Source: an uncultured archaeon (GTDB lineage Archaea; Iainarchaeota; Iainarchaeia; Iainarchaeales; JAAZKV01). Taken from it: a DNA stretch of 32,000 nucleotides. Each line of letters begins with the position of its first letter. The stretch's first letter is position 1. The notes beneath the pieces are model-generated. The model had not been told where the DNA came from, searched no databases, and saw only the letters and a program-made list of their open reading frames with translations. The DNA lies in assembly GCA_964551375.1 (NCBI GenBank), contig CAZKBG010000001.1:690001-722000 (forward strand). Reading direction: 5' to 3'. The translations under genes and the position numbers were made by a program. Below are positions 9,608 to 18,638 of the stretch, piece by piece.

Positions 9608-10183
9608 CTACTCCAGATACTGCCTTCGCGCATAAATAAGCTTCTCAAGCTCCGCTAATGACTTATAATAGTAGATATTTTCTATCTGCTCGTGGAAAAT
9701 CTTAGGCAATTTTGCCTCAATACACCTTTCATCAATAAACAAATGGATATTTTTTAACTTAGGATCCTTAAGAGAGCCGTACTTTTGATGATACTTCATA
9801 AAAGAAATCTCAATCATAACGCCGGGCGTAATTCCAAGACAAATAACGCAATTTGAAAGAGTAATAAACGAACCGTCAAGCGTGTACACATCCCCGCCAA
9901 TCGGCTTTAAGTCAAACTGGGATAAATTCTTGCCAAAATACTTAAGCCCGTAAAAAGCATCTTTATCCGGATAATACGCAAGGGGCTTCTTTTTGGAAAT
10001 TTTGCCAAATTCAACCCCTATATCAGAATAAACGCCGTCGCTTGGAGTAATTATCACATCAGTAAAATGCTTTGAAAGAAATTCAGCATACTCTTGAACA
10101 AATTTCTTGTAATCAGATTCCTTAATCTTTCCAAAACGCCACAAAACTGAAGAATCTGACACTCCAATAATAGTGCACTGCAT
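9608..10183 (-). CDS. Hypothetical protein, possible Rossmann/SLOG-like nucleotide-binding fold
   Basis: Pattern ITPSDGVYSDIGVEFGK...VICLGITPGVMIEISFMKYHQKYG resembles LOG/SLOG-type proteins. Weak by eye. Confidence 0.5.
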   Translation of the reverse strand: MQCTIIGVSDSSVLWRFGKIKESDYKKFVQEYAEFLSKHFTDVIITPSDGVYSDIGVEFGKISKKKPLAYYPDKDAFYGLKYFGKNLSQFDLKPIGGDVYTLDGSFITLSNCVICLGITPGVMIEISFMKYHQKYGSLKDPKLKNIHLFIDERCIEAKLPKIFHEQIENIYYYKSLAELEKLIYARRQYLE

Positions 10184-10294
10184 ATAAAAAACCGTTTACA
10201 AAACTCATTAAAATAGATATGAAAAGGGGAAAAATAGGAAAACCCTGGCAAAGGACATTAGAAAGATTATAAAACACTTGCAAAGAGAAAATTA

Positions 10295-10304
10295 CTTATA
10301 AAAA
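10295..10304 (+). promoter_or_regulatory. Putative TATA box for the RPA gene (near-leaderless transcript)
   Basis: CTTATAAAAA ~20-25 nt upstream of ATG 10321. Confidence 0.5.
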
Positions 10305-10320
10305 CAAACAGCGTGAAAAA

Positions 10321-11577
10321 ATGGCAGAAAAAGAAATCGGGGCAATAATTGAAGAAATTGCCAAAAAAACTTCAAAAGAGCCAAGCGAAATCAAAGCACT
10401 AATTGACGCAAAAATACAAAAATTCTCAGGACTCTTAACCGAACAGGGCGCTGCATTCATGGTTCAAAAAGAACTTGGAATAAGACAGGAAGCGCTTGAA
10501 CAAATGACGGTATCACAGCTTTCTGACGGAATGAAAGGAATTGAAGTCAGGGGAAGCGTGGAGTCAATTTACCCCGCAAAAGAATTTGAAAAAAACGGAA
10601 AAAAAGGAAAACTAAAATCATTCATACTTACTGACGGAAACGGCGAAGTGCGCGTTACTTTGTGGAATGACCAAGTGGATAAATATGATTTAACCAAAGG
10701 AAGCGAAATCTGCCTAAGCAATGTAATTGTAAGCACTTATAATGAAAAAAAACAAGTAACACTCGGATTCAACGGAACAATACAAATACTCAACAAAAAA
10801 GAAGAGCAGTTTGAAAAATTAAGCGAACTAAAATCAGGAATAAACGGAATCAATATTGCGGGAAGAATTCTCCGAAAATTCCCTCAAAAAGACTTTGCAA
10901 GCGGAGAAAGAAAAGGAAAATTATGCTCATTTCAGTTCGGAGACGAAACTGCGCTCCTTAGGGCAACCGCATGGAATGACAAAGCTGATGAAATTGAAAA
11001 ATTCAACGAAGGGGATGTAATTGAAATTAAAAACGCTTACACTAAAGAAGGCAGATTTGGGGTGGAGCTTCATTTAGGATACACTGCGCAATTAAGCGAA
11101 AGCAAACGAGAAATGCCAACCTCTGCTGAGATACTAAAAGAAAGCATGACTGAGAAAAAAATCAACGCACTGGCTGACGGCGAAAACAGCGTAATAAGCG
11201 GAAAAATCACAGGCGTTGAAAAAGGAAACTTTGTATTTGAAGTATGCGCAAAATGCGGCAAAAAAATAATGAAAACAGAAATAGGAATACTCTGCGACGG
11301 CTGCGGAGAAACCACTGCGAAGAAAAACGCGGTTGTATCCATGACAATTGAAGATGACACTGCAAGCATTAGGACAAATTTCTTCGGCAAAAACGCACTA
11401 ACTGCAATCGGAATGGGGCAGGAAGAGCTTGAAACTAATTTAAACGCTAAATCGGCGGATGTATTCACCGCTGAAATGAACGGAAAACTAATCGGCAAAG
11501 AAATTAAAGTATTCGGATACCAAAAGGCGAACAATTTCTCAGGAAACACTGAATTTAGCGCAAGAGAAATATTATAA
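10321..11577 (+). CDS. Replication protein A / multi-OB-fold ssDNA-binding protein with zinc finger
   Basis: Repeated OB-fold segments (GKLKSFILTDGNGEVRVTLWNDQ; GKLCSFQFGDETALLRATAWND) plus CAKCGKKIMKTEIGILCDGCG. Confidence 0.9.
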   Translation: MAEKEIGAIIEEIAKKTSKEPSEIKALIDAKIQKFSGLLTEQGAAFMVQKELGIRQEALEQMTVSQLSDGMKGIEVRGSVESIYPAKEFEKNGKKGKLKSFILTDGNGEVRVTLWNDQVDKYDLTKGSEICLSNVIVSTYNEKKQVTLGFNGTIQILNKKEEQFEKLSELKSGINGINIAGRILRKFPQKDFASGERKGKLCSFQFGDETALLRATAWNDKADEIEKFNEGDVIEIKNAYTKEGRFGVELHLGYTAQLSESKREMPTSAEILKESMTEKKINALADGENSVISGKITGVEKGNFVFEVCAKCGKKIMKTEIGILCDGCGETTAKKNAVVSMTIEDDTASIRTNFFGKNALTAIGMGQEELETNLNAKSADVFTAEMNGKLIGKEIKVFGYQKANNFSGNTEFSAREIL

Positions 11578-11585
11578 AAAAGCAA

Positions 11586-12074
11586 TCATTTCTTTGAATC
11601 CAAGAATTCTAGCGCTTTTTTTGAAAAAGGAAGCCCTTTTCTTTTAAAAAATGATAAAATTTCTTTTGAAGCCGCCTCGTCGCCAACAGAAACTCTAATT
11701 GAATCATCAATATCAATTACACCTAAAACCAAGGGAAGTTTTTGATAATCAATCTGCTTAATTTTAGAAAAAGATAATGAAAAATTATTCAACCAAGACT
11801 TATATTCAACCCTATCTTCAAAAAGAACCAATTTTGCAAAAAATCGGTCTATCCTTTCATAACCAAACGGCGCCCTATCAATACCCAAATTAGGAATTAA
11901 CAACCCATTTTTACTTATCTGTTCCGGAACTTTGAAGTTTTTAAGACTGTTTTTATGCCCGCGAAAGTTTAGAAAATAAACTGCAATAAATATTATTATT
12001 ATGACAAGAGCGGCATAACCAATTACTTGATTCGCTGGCTCAACAGCCAATAAAACAATTCCAAACATCAGCAT
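11586..12074 (-). CDS. Membrane-anchored protein of unknown function, possible PH-like domain
   Basis: N-terminal TM (VIGYAALVIIIIFIAVYFL) followed by a ~110 aa soluble domain. Confidence 0.6.
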   Translation of the reverse strand: MLMFGIVLLAVEPANQVIGYAALVIIIIFIAVYFLNFRGHKNSLKNFKVPEQISKNGLLIPNLGIDRAPFGYERIDRFFAKLVLFEDRVEYKSWLNNFSLSFSKIKQIDYQKLPLVLGVIDIDDSIRVSVGDEAASKEILSFFKRKGLPFSKKALEFLDSKK

Positions 12075-12103
12075 AACAAAAGCAAATAAGTATAAAAATC
12101 AAC

Positions 12104-12718
12104 CTACTTTCTTTGAGCTTCGATTTTTTTAAACACTTCTTCAACATTTTTCAAAAACCCTTCCAAATCAGGGTTGCTGTCAATGCGATAATCAGCCATC
12201 TCAATACACTTTAGATTCTGCTGCTTAAATAAACCAGGATCGCTAAGCTCCATATCCTCTTTAGCTTTAAACTCTTCAAAACTCGCCACATCTCCATGCT
12301 CATTAGGGTTATTTTTCACGCGATTTACTGTATTTTGATAACGCTTCTTAATATCCGCAAAAGGCTCAAACACTACGCCGCCCATTGACTTTAATGCTGT
12401 AACTTCTGCAGGATTTCTAAGCGAAGTTATTACAAGACGAGGCTTTTTATCAAACAATTTCAACGGAAACTGAATCCAGTAATCATTTCCTTTTTCCTCT
12501 CTAAGCTTATTTCCAAGCGCCCTCATTTCTTCCCTATCTAAATGATTTCTCCCAAGCTTCTTTAATTCAGAACGAATCTCTTCCCCCAAATCAATATGAA
12601 AAAAACCATGCTTTGAAACCAAATAATTTGCAAGAGTATCCTTTCCAGAGCCGTTTAAGCCAACAACCCCGATAAGAATTTTTGAAGGGGCCAAACCTGC
12701 AGAATTAATTTCAACCAT
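12104..12718 (-). CDS. P-loop nucleotide/dephospho-CoA-type kinase
   Basis: Walker A GLNGSGKDTLANYL, LVITSLRNPAEV, RY-NTVNRVKNNP lid-like region. Confidence 0.75.
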   Translation of the reverse strand: MVEINSAGLAPSKILIGVVGLNGSGKDTLANYLVSKHGFFHIDLGEEIRSELKKLGRNHLDREEMRALGNKLREEKGNDYWIQFPLKLFDKKPRLVITSLRNPAEVTALKSMGGVVFEPFADIKKRYQNTVNRVKNNPNEHGDVASFEEFKAKEDMELSDPGLFKQQNLKCIEMADYRIDSNPDLEGFLKNVEEVFKKIEAQRK

Positions 12719-12801
12719 AGCAAGAAATGCTGATTCAAAAGGATTAAATCACTGCCTAAAGAGAGAAAAAATGCCCTTCTTTGCCATAAAACAAGAAAAA
12801 A

Positions 12802-13335
12802 TTAGAATTCAACTGATTCCCTTGCCAAAATTCCCTTATCAAACGGATGCTTTATTTTCTTTAAATTAGTAACATAATCGCCAAGCGCAAAAATATTTGG
12901 ATGCTCTTTATGAGAGCCTGTGATTACAAGCTCAAGCAAAGCGGGTTTTGATTTAATTACTGAAATAATATCATTTTCCTTTAACAACCCCAAATCAAGA
13001 CAATACAATAATTCATCAGCAACAATCAAATCAAAATCTTTTGAAACAACTGCTGATTTTAAAAAATTCAACGCTTCAATGGCCCCATTAATTGCTTCCT
13101 TTGTTAACGCGCTCTTAATTACCCAATCTTTTGAGCCGAACTGTTTGAAAGAAAAGTCCTTATTTTTCTGAAAAGAAATTATCTCCCCGTACTGGCCGAA
13201 CTGCTCCTGCGGGAATTTCATAAACTGAACTAAAAGAACTTTTTTATTATGCCCCAAAAATCTTGCAATGAGCCCTATGGCTGCAGTAGTCTTTCCTTTG
13301 CCATTGCCAAAATATATATGAACTAATCCAGCCAT
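12802..13335 (-). CDS. cobO: Cob(I)yrinic acid a,c-diamide / cob(I)alamin adenosyltransferase (CobA/BtuR type)
   Basis: VHIYFGNGKGKTTAAIGLIARFLG, VLLVQFMK, DLIVADELLYCLDLGLL, ELVITGSHKEHPNIFALGDYVT. The extra 42 aa in the track ORF upstream of MAGLVHIYF are probably untranslated. Confidence 0.9.
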   Translation of the reverse strand: MAGLVHIYFGNGKGKTTAAIGLIARFLGHNKKVLLVQFMKFPQEQFGQYGEIISFQKNKDFSFKQFGSKDWVIKSALTKEAINGAIEALNFLKSAVVSKDFDLIVADELLYCLDLGLLKENDIISVIKSKPALLELVITGSHKEHPNIFALGDYVTNLKKIKHPFDKGILARESVEF

Positions 13336-13433
13336 AACCAGCACTAACAAATATAAGAAAGCAAAAAAATAAAATAGGAACTCACAGCAAAAAGTGGTTG
13401 GATTAAGCTGGGTTAATTTCTGATGCGGCGATT

Positions 13434-16400
13434 TTAACTGCAGCCGCTTGTAGCGCCGCAATCTTCACAAACCGTGCAAGTACCATTTCTTCGAACTTTC
13501 ATGCTCCCGCACTCTCTGCAAGACTGGCCTGTATAACCCTTTGATTTAGCAATTGAAACATCTTCTGAAGAATTTCCTTGCGGCTTTTTTGGAACTTCAA
13601 AATTCTTTTCCACAAAAGCATTAGTATCAGTCAAGGGGGAGGCTGACAAAGTGGATTGGACTGCAACTTTGAGATTATCCTTCTTTGTTTCCTCAAGAGG
13701 TTTTATGTGAACAAAATCAGTTCTGCCCAAATATTCATATCCAAGCATTCTGAAAATGAAATCAAGAATTGAAGTGCATGATTTTATGCTATCGTGACCC
13801 ACAACCATTCCGCTCGGGTCAAATCTTGTGAAAGTGAATGAGTCTACAAACTCTTCAAGAGGAACTCCGTACTGAAGAGCTTTGCTTATCGCAACTGAGA
13901 AGCATGCTAAGAGGCTTCTATATGCCGCCCCTTCTTTATACATTGAAATAAATAACTCTCCAAGCGTGCCATCATCATATTCTCCGGTTTGGATGTAAAT
14001 CTTGTGCCCGTCAATGCTAATCTCCTGAGTGATTCCTCTTCTTCTCTTTGGCAAACGCTTTCTTTCAACAGTCTGAACAATCGCATTATGCAATTCTTTT
14101 GGACCAACTGTTTCATCAACATCATCATCAGCAGTAACTTTTAGCAGCTCTTCAGCAATATCCCCTGAAACTGCGTTAAGAGGCTGGGATAATTTGCTTC
14201 CGTCTCTGTAAAGCGCATTACTTTTCAGCATGCTTTTATGAGACAAAATATACGCTTTCTCAATATCAGCAATTGTCGCATGAGAAGGCATGTTAATTGT
14301 CTTTGAAATCGCTCCTGAAAGGAAAGGCTGAACTGAAGCCATCATTTTAATATGAGCATCCCAAGCAATGAACCTTGTGCCGTACTTGCCGCACTTATTT
14401 GCGCAATCAAATACTGATAAATCGCCTTTCTTTAAGTGAGGAGCGCCTTCAACAGTCATTGCGCCGCAAACATACTTATTAGTCTCTTCAATCTCTGATT
14501 TTGAAAACCCGAGAGATTTTAGCATATCAAAAGAATTGTCATTTAATTCATTTTCTGTAAATCCCAAACTTTTACAAAACTCTTCGCCGAGAACATATTT
14601 GTTGAAAATAAATTTTATATCAAATGCTGATTTCATTCCTGCTTCAAGCTTTGCAATCTCAAGGTCTGAAAACTTCTTTGATTTTAATTTATCAATAGTA
14701 ATTGCGGGACAATCCACTAAAGTTGCATGCCCTATTAAGTAATGCTCAATTTCCCTAATCTGGGATTCAGAATAACCAAGAGTTTTAAGCGCATAAGGCA
14801 CGCTGCTGTTCACAATTTTAAAATAACCGCCGCCAGCAAGTTTTTTGAATTTAACAAGCGCAAAATCAGGCTCAAGCCCTGTTGTGTCGCAGTCCATCAA
14901 TAATCCAATTGTTCCAGTCGGAGCAAGAAGAGACACCTGCGCATTTCTAAAACCAACTCTTTCACCCTTTGAGAGAGCATTAGTCCAAGCAAATTTTGAT
15001 TTTTCCACAATTTCCTTTGGACACAAATCTGTTTCAAATTTAACAGGCCTTATTGTAAGCCCCTCGTAACCTGCATCCCCTTCTGAAAATGCTGCGCGTT
15101 TATGATTTCTAATAACTTTTAACATATCTTTTTTATTAAGCTCATATTCTTCAAAAGCTCCAAAAAGCTCCGCCATTTCAGCGCTTGTTTCGTAAGAAAC
15201 TCCAGTCATTAGAGAAGTAATTCCTGCCGCAAGAGCCCTCCCTTCATTACTATCATACGCTAAACCAAGAAGCATTAACATGCTCCCAATATTCGCATAG
15301 CCCAAACCAAGCGAGCGGGTTTTATAGGTAACATCCGCAATTTCCTTACTTGGAAACTGCGCCATTGCAACTGAAATTTCTAAAACTATTGTCCAAATAC
15401 GAACTGCGTGAATAAATTCATCAACCAAAAATCTCCCTGATTTTACATCAAGGAATTTTACTAAATTAATTGAAGCTAAATTGCATGCAGAGTTGTCAAG
15501 GAAGAAAAACTCGCTGCAGGGATTACTTGAGCGAATCGGGCCTGACACAGGACAGGTGTGCCATTCATTAATTGTTGAATAAAACATTACTCCTGGATCC
15601 GCGCAGTTCCACGCAGCATAACAAATCTTGTCCCAAAGTTTTCTTGCAGGAAGAGTTTCACAAACAAAACCGTTTGTTCTCCACTTCAAATCCCAATTAG
15701 CATTTGAATCAAGCGCTTTGAAAAAAGAATTTGGAATTACAATCGAGTTATTTGAGTTCTGCCCCGCAACTGTAGCATATGCTTCGCTTTCAAAATGAGT
15801 ATTGTATTCAGTAATATCCATTGAGCATTTACCCTGCTGGGCTAATTGAAGGGCTCTAAAAACATAATTTAACGGAACTCCAAGCGCAATGGCTTTTTTT
15901 ACCGCAAGTTTTAATGGCCCGCTCTTTTCAGGATCATAACACTTTGCATCACATGCAATTTTCATTACTTTATTTATCTGATTAGCGCAAACCTTGCTTC
16001 CTGCAACTAAATCAGCAACCTTCTTTTCTTCTTCCATTTTCCAGTCAATAAATTCCTTTATTTCAGGATGATCAATGTCAAGCGCAACCATTTTAGCAGC
16101 TCTTCTTGTAGTTCCGCCGCTCTTTATGCTCCCCGCAACTGTGTCATAAATTTTTAAATAACTCATTAATCCTGAAGAAACTCCGCCGCCGCTTAACTTC
16201 TCCCCTTTGCCCCTAAGAGTGGAGAAATTTGTCCCTGTTCCTGAACCGTGCTTAAAAAGACGCCCCTCTCTTTTAATTAAATCAAAAATACCGCCTTCTT
16301 CCATTAGCGAATCTTTAACGTACTGAATGAAACAAGCATGCGGCTGAGGCCTTGCGTAAGCGTCGTTACTTAAAACAACTTCTCCTTTCTCAGCATCAAA

Positions 16401-16883
16401 ATAATAATGCCCATCGCTTGCGCCTGAAAAGCCATACATCCAGTGAAGCCCTGTGTTAAACCACTGAGGACTGTTTGGAGCAGCCATTTGAGCAAGAAGC
16501 ATATGCTTTAATTCTTCTTCAAAACTAAGCGCATCATCAGGAGAAGCAAACATATTCTCTTTATCGCCCCAATAACGCCAGCAGCCAGCAATTCTATTAA
16601 CAACCTGCTTAATTGAGCGCTCTCTTCCAGTCGCGGGAGCTCCTTTTTTTGGAACACCATTTGAATCGCACTCGGGAACCTTTGCGCGCTTGAAATACTT
16701 CTGCGCTAAAATATCAGTAGCGGTTTGGGACCAAAAAGTCGGCACTTCAACATCATTCTGCTCAAAAACAACAGAGCCGTCGGGGTTTCTTATGGAGCTT
16801 TTTCTTAATTCAAAAGTAAAAGAGTCAAAAACATTCTGCCCTTTTTTTGTAAAAACCCTATTTACCTTTAGCCCCTTAGCCAT
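13434..16883 (-). CDS. nrdJ: Adenosylcobalamin-dependent (class II) ribonucleoside-diphosphate reductase, NrdJ
   Basis: APNSPQWFNTG, HACFIQ, FKHGSGTGTNFSTLR, SGGTTRRAAKMV, NPCSEFFFLDNSACNLASINL, APTGTIGLLMDCDTTGLEPDFAL, and C-terminal Cys motif CRECGSMKVRRNGTCTVCEDCGATSGCS. Confidence 0.96.
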   Translation of the reverse strand: MAKGLKVNRVFTKKGQNVFDSFTFELRKSSIRNPDGSVVFEQNDVEVPTFWSQTATDILAQKYFKRAKVPECDSNGVPKKGAPATGRERSIKQVVNRIAGCWRYWGDKENMFASPDDALSFEEELKHMLLAQMAAPNSPQWFNTGLHWMYGFSGASDGHYYFDAEKGEVVLSNDAYARPQPHACFIQYVKDSLMEEGGIFDLIKREGRLFKHGSGTGTNFSTLRGKGEKLSGGGVSSGLMSYLKIYDTVAGSIKSGGTTRRAAKMVALDIDHPEIKEFIDWKMEEEKKVADLVAGSKVCANQINKVMKIACDAKCYDPEKSGPLKLAVKKAIALGVPLNYVFRALQLAQQGKCSMDITEYNTHFESEAYATVAGQNSNNSIVIPNSFFKALDSNANWDLKWRTNGFVCETLPARKLWDKICYAAWNCADPGVMFYSTINEWHTCPVSGPIRSSNPCSEFFFLDNSACNLASINLVKFLDVKSGRFLVDEFIHAVRIWTIVLEISVAMAQFPSKEIADVTYKTRSLGLGYANIGSMLMLLGLAYDSNEGRALAAGITSLMTGVSYETSAEMAELFGAFEEYELNKKDMLKVIRNHKRAAFSEGDAGYEGLTIRPVKFETDLCPKEIVEKSKFAWTNALSKGERVGFRNAQVSLLAPTGTIGLLMDCDTTGLEPDFALVKFKKLAGGGYFKIVNSSVPYALKTLGYSESQIREIEHYLIGHATLVDCPAITIDKLKSKKFSDLEIAKLEAGMKSAFDIKFIFNKYVLGEEFCKSLGFTENELNDNSFDMLKSLGFSKSEIEETNKYVCGAMTVEGAPHLKKGDLSVFDCANKCGKYGTRFIAWDAHIKMMASVQPFLSGAISKTINMPSHATIADIEKAYILSHKSMLKSNALYRDGSKLSQPLNAVSGDIAEELLKVTADDDVDETVGPKELHNAIVQTVERKRLPKRRRGITQEISIDGHKIYIQTGEYDDGTLGELFISMYKEGAAYRSLLACFSVAISKALQYGVPLEEFVDSFTFTRFDPSGMVVGHDSIKSCTSILDFIFRMLGYEYLGRTDFVHIKPLEETKKDNLKVAVQSTLSASPLTDTNAFVEKNFEVPKKPQGNSSEDVSIAKSKGYTGQSCRECGSMKVRRNGTCTVCEDCGATSGCS

Positions 16884-16923
16884 TTACCCCACTACCCCCA
16901 AAATCCGCAAGAAATTTGATTAA

Positions 16924-17229
16924 TTATTCAACGATATCTAAAACGCGCCTCTTAAGCTCAAGCTTGTTAGCTGCTCCGCGCACAGTATCGACATGCTCAC
17001 CATTCTTAAAAATCAAAAAAGTAGGGAGACTTGTAATTCCATATCGGTGGGCAAGCTCTTCGGCCTGGGTAACATTAACTTTCAATACCCTTGCTTTGCC
17101 TGATAATTCGGTTGACAACGTGTCAAGATGAGGCATAAACGAAACACAATGAGGACACCATTCAGCCCAGAAATCAACCAATACTACTCCATTACTTACT
17201 TCACTATCAAAACTACTTGAAAAGGACAT
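16924..17229 (-). CDS. Thioredoxin-fold protein with CPHC active site
   Basis: VVLVDFWAEWCPHCVSFMPHLDTLS... RYGITSLPTFLIFKNGE (cis-Pro SLPT). Confidence 0.9.
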   Translation of the reverse strand: MSFSSSFDSEVSNGVVLVDFWAEWCPHCVSFMPHLDTLSTELSGKARVLKVNVTQAEELAHRYGITSLPTFLIFKNGEHVDTVRGAANKLELKRRVLDIVE

Positions 17230-17624
17230 TTTATATCACCCGATTTTAAAAAATTTAAAAACTGAAACATAAAAGATTTTGGAGTTTAAAAAGCTATGTC
17301 CAATAAATGATAAAAATCGGAAAGCTAACAAAAATTAGAAAGTCAAACAAAAAAGATACTAAATCTCACTAATCTTGGACAAAATAGTTAAAAAAGCGAA
17401 TAATTTAAGCCAAAAAAGTTGTTTAATAGAACTGCTAAAGTTGTTCAAACATAAAAATAAAAAAAACAGAAAGAAAGAAATAAAAAAAATAAAAAAATCC
17501 AAAAAATTGTTTAAAAAATAAATTTACCTCGCAGAAAATACAAAAAAACAACAAAAAAATAATATTTCTCCAGAATTTGCAAATAAAATTAGCAAAAACG
17601 CCAAAAAAAGTGAAAAAATAAAAA

Positions 17625-18044
17625 TTAGTTAATGAAAGGCTCTATTTTCTCAAGACGCCACTCAAATTTAACAGGACTATCAACAATATAATCAGCAATT
17701 CCCTTTGAAGCATAGTTATTGTCAACATAAAGCGCCCAATAATGAGTAGAAGGAGCGTCAACGCCGTAAATGGAAGACACCATAACACCAAAATCATACT
17801 CTTTATATTTCATATTCTCGCCAACAAGCGACTTCATAACATCAAAAGCATTTGTGCCAACATTAAAATCCCGCGCTTCGGAAAAAATCAACGTATTAGT
17901 GTCATCAATAACTGAAATTGAAACATTAACAAGATTCTGCGAGTCCAAAACTGCAGGTTGAAAAGAAGTGCAGCCAAAAATAACTGCAAAGAGAGCAAGA
18001 ACTGCCAAAACTAAAACAAATTTTTTATTAAACACTAAAGCCAC
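17625..18044 (-). CDS. DUF4430 (transcobalamin C-terminal-like) lipoprotein
   Basis: Lipobox AVIFGCTS. NAFDVMKSLV...DFGVMVSSIYGVDAPSTHYWALYVDNNYASKGIADYIVDSPVKFEWRLEK fits the DUF4430 pattern. Confidence 0.75.
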   Translation of the reverse strand: MALVFNKKFVLVLAVLALFAVIFGCTSFQPAVLDSQNLVNVSISVIDDTNTLIFSEARDFNVGTNAFDVMKSLVGENMKYKEYDFGVMVSSIYGVDAPSTHYWALYVDNNYASKGIADYIVDSPVKFEWRLEKIEPFIN

Positions 18045-18586
18045 CTTTCAAATCCAAGTATTAGCTGTCGCAAAGGCATAAAAATCTGGTACTTGCTTAA
18101 CCCCTTTAACACTTCAATACGCACATCCTTATCCAAAAGGAACGCAAATAGAAGAGAATATGTTGAAGTGCTTGCTAAATGGTAAAGAGTAAACGGAATC
18201 TGCCCCATAATTGTCACAATCAAATTCTGCTTGAACATAAAAGTGCTCATCATAGGACCCGTAATTGCATCAAAAATCAAAACCCCTGCAATACTTGCAA
18301 ATAAATAATGCTTAATTGACACATGCCTCATTTTTGAGAAAACAATGCCCAAAACAAGAATCACAAACGCATACGTTAACGAAGTCACAAGCGTCCAAAT
18401 CCCAACTTTTCCCGTAATAATATCAAAAGAAACCATTGCAATTATCGCAAAGAGAATCCCCGACCACAAATTCTTTCTTGCAGAAGGAAGGGCTACTCCT
18501 AGAACTGGATCATTATTTGGAAATAATCTAAAAAAACGCACGCCGTTCGCAAACAAGAGCCTCAAAACAAAACTAAGTAAAGCCAT
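18035..18586 (-). CDS. Polytopic membrane protein, ECF-transporter S-component-like
   Basis: Hydrophobic protein with repeated FDIITGK/FDAITGP motifs and LPSARKNLWSG. Its 3' end overlaps the DUF4430 gene start by 10 bp. Confidence 0.6.
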   Translation of the reverse strand: MALLSFVLRLLFANGVRFFRLFPNNDPVLGVALPSARKNLWSGILFAIIAMVSFDIITGKVGIWTLVTSLTYAFVILVLGIVFSKMRHVSIKHYLFASIAGVLIFDAITGPMMSTFMFKQNLIVTIMGQIPFTLYHLASTSTYSLLFAFLLDKDVRIEVLKGLSKYQIFMPLRQLILGFERWL

Positions 18587-18638
18587 AGGTAAGAAATGAT
18601 TAGAACTGTTTAAAAAAACAGACTACGAGAACTAAGTA

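Noticed and set aside
11070-11585. 171-aa antisense ORF (-) over the RPA gene
   Set aside because: Lies opposite a well-supported OB-fold/zinc-finger gene. The Ser/Phe-rich composition is typical of the complement of Lys/Glu/Asn-rich coding sequence.
13336-13461. N-terminal extension of the adenosyltransferase ORF
   Set aside because: The family begins at MAGLVHIYFGNGKGKTT (13335); the extra 42 aa run into the end of nrdJ and are hydrophobic and unconserved-looking.
17230-17624. Possible cobalamin riboswitch or RNA gene upstream of the thioredoxin/nrdJ genes
   Set aside because: About 400 bp of A-rich sequence with no B12-box-like or GC-rich helical element; riboswitches of that class are not expected in archaea. 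It also lies downstream of the DUF4430 gene.
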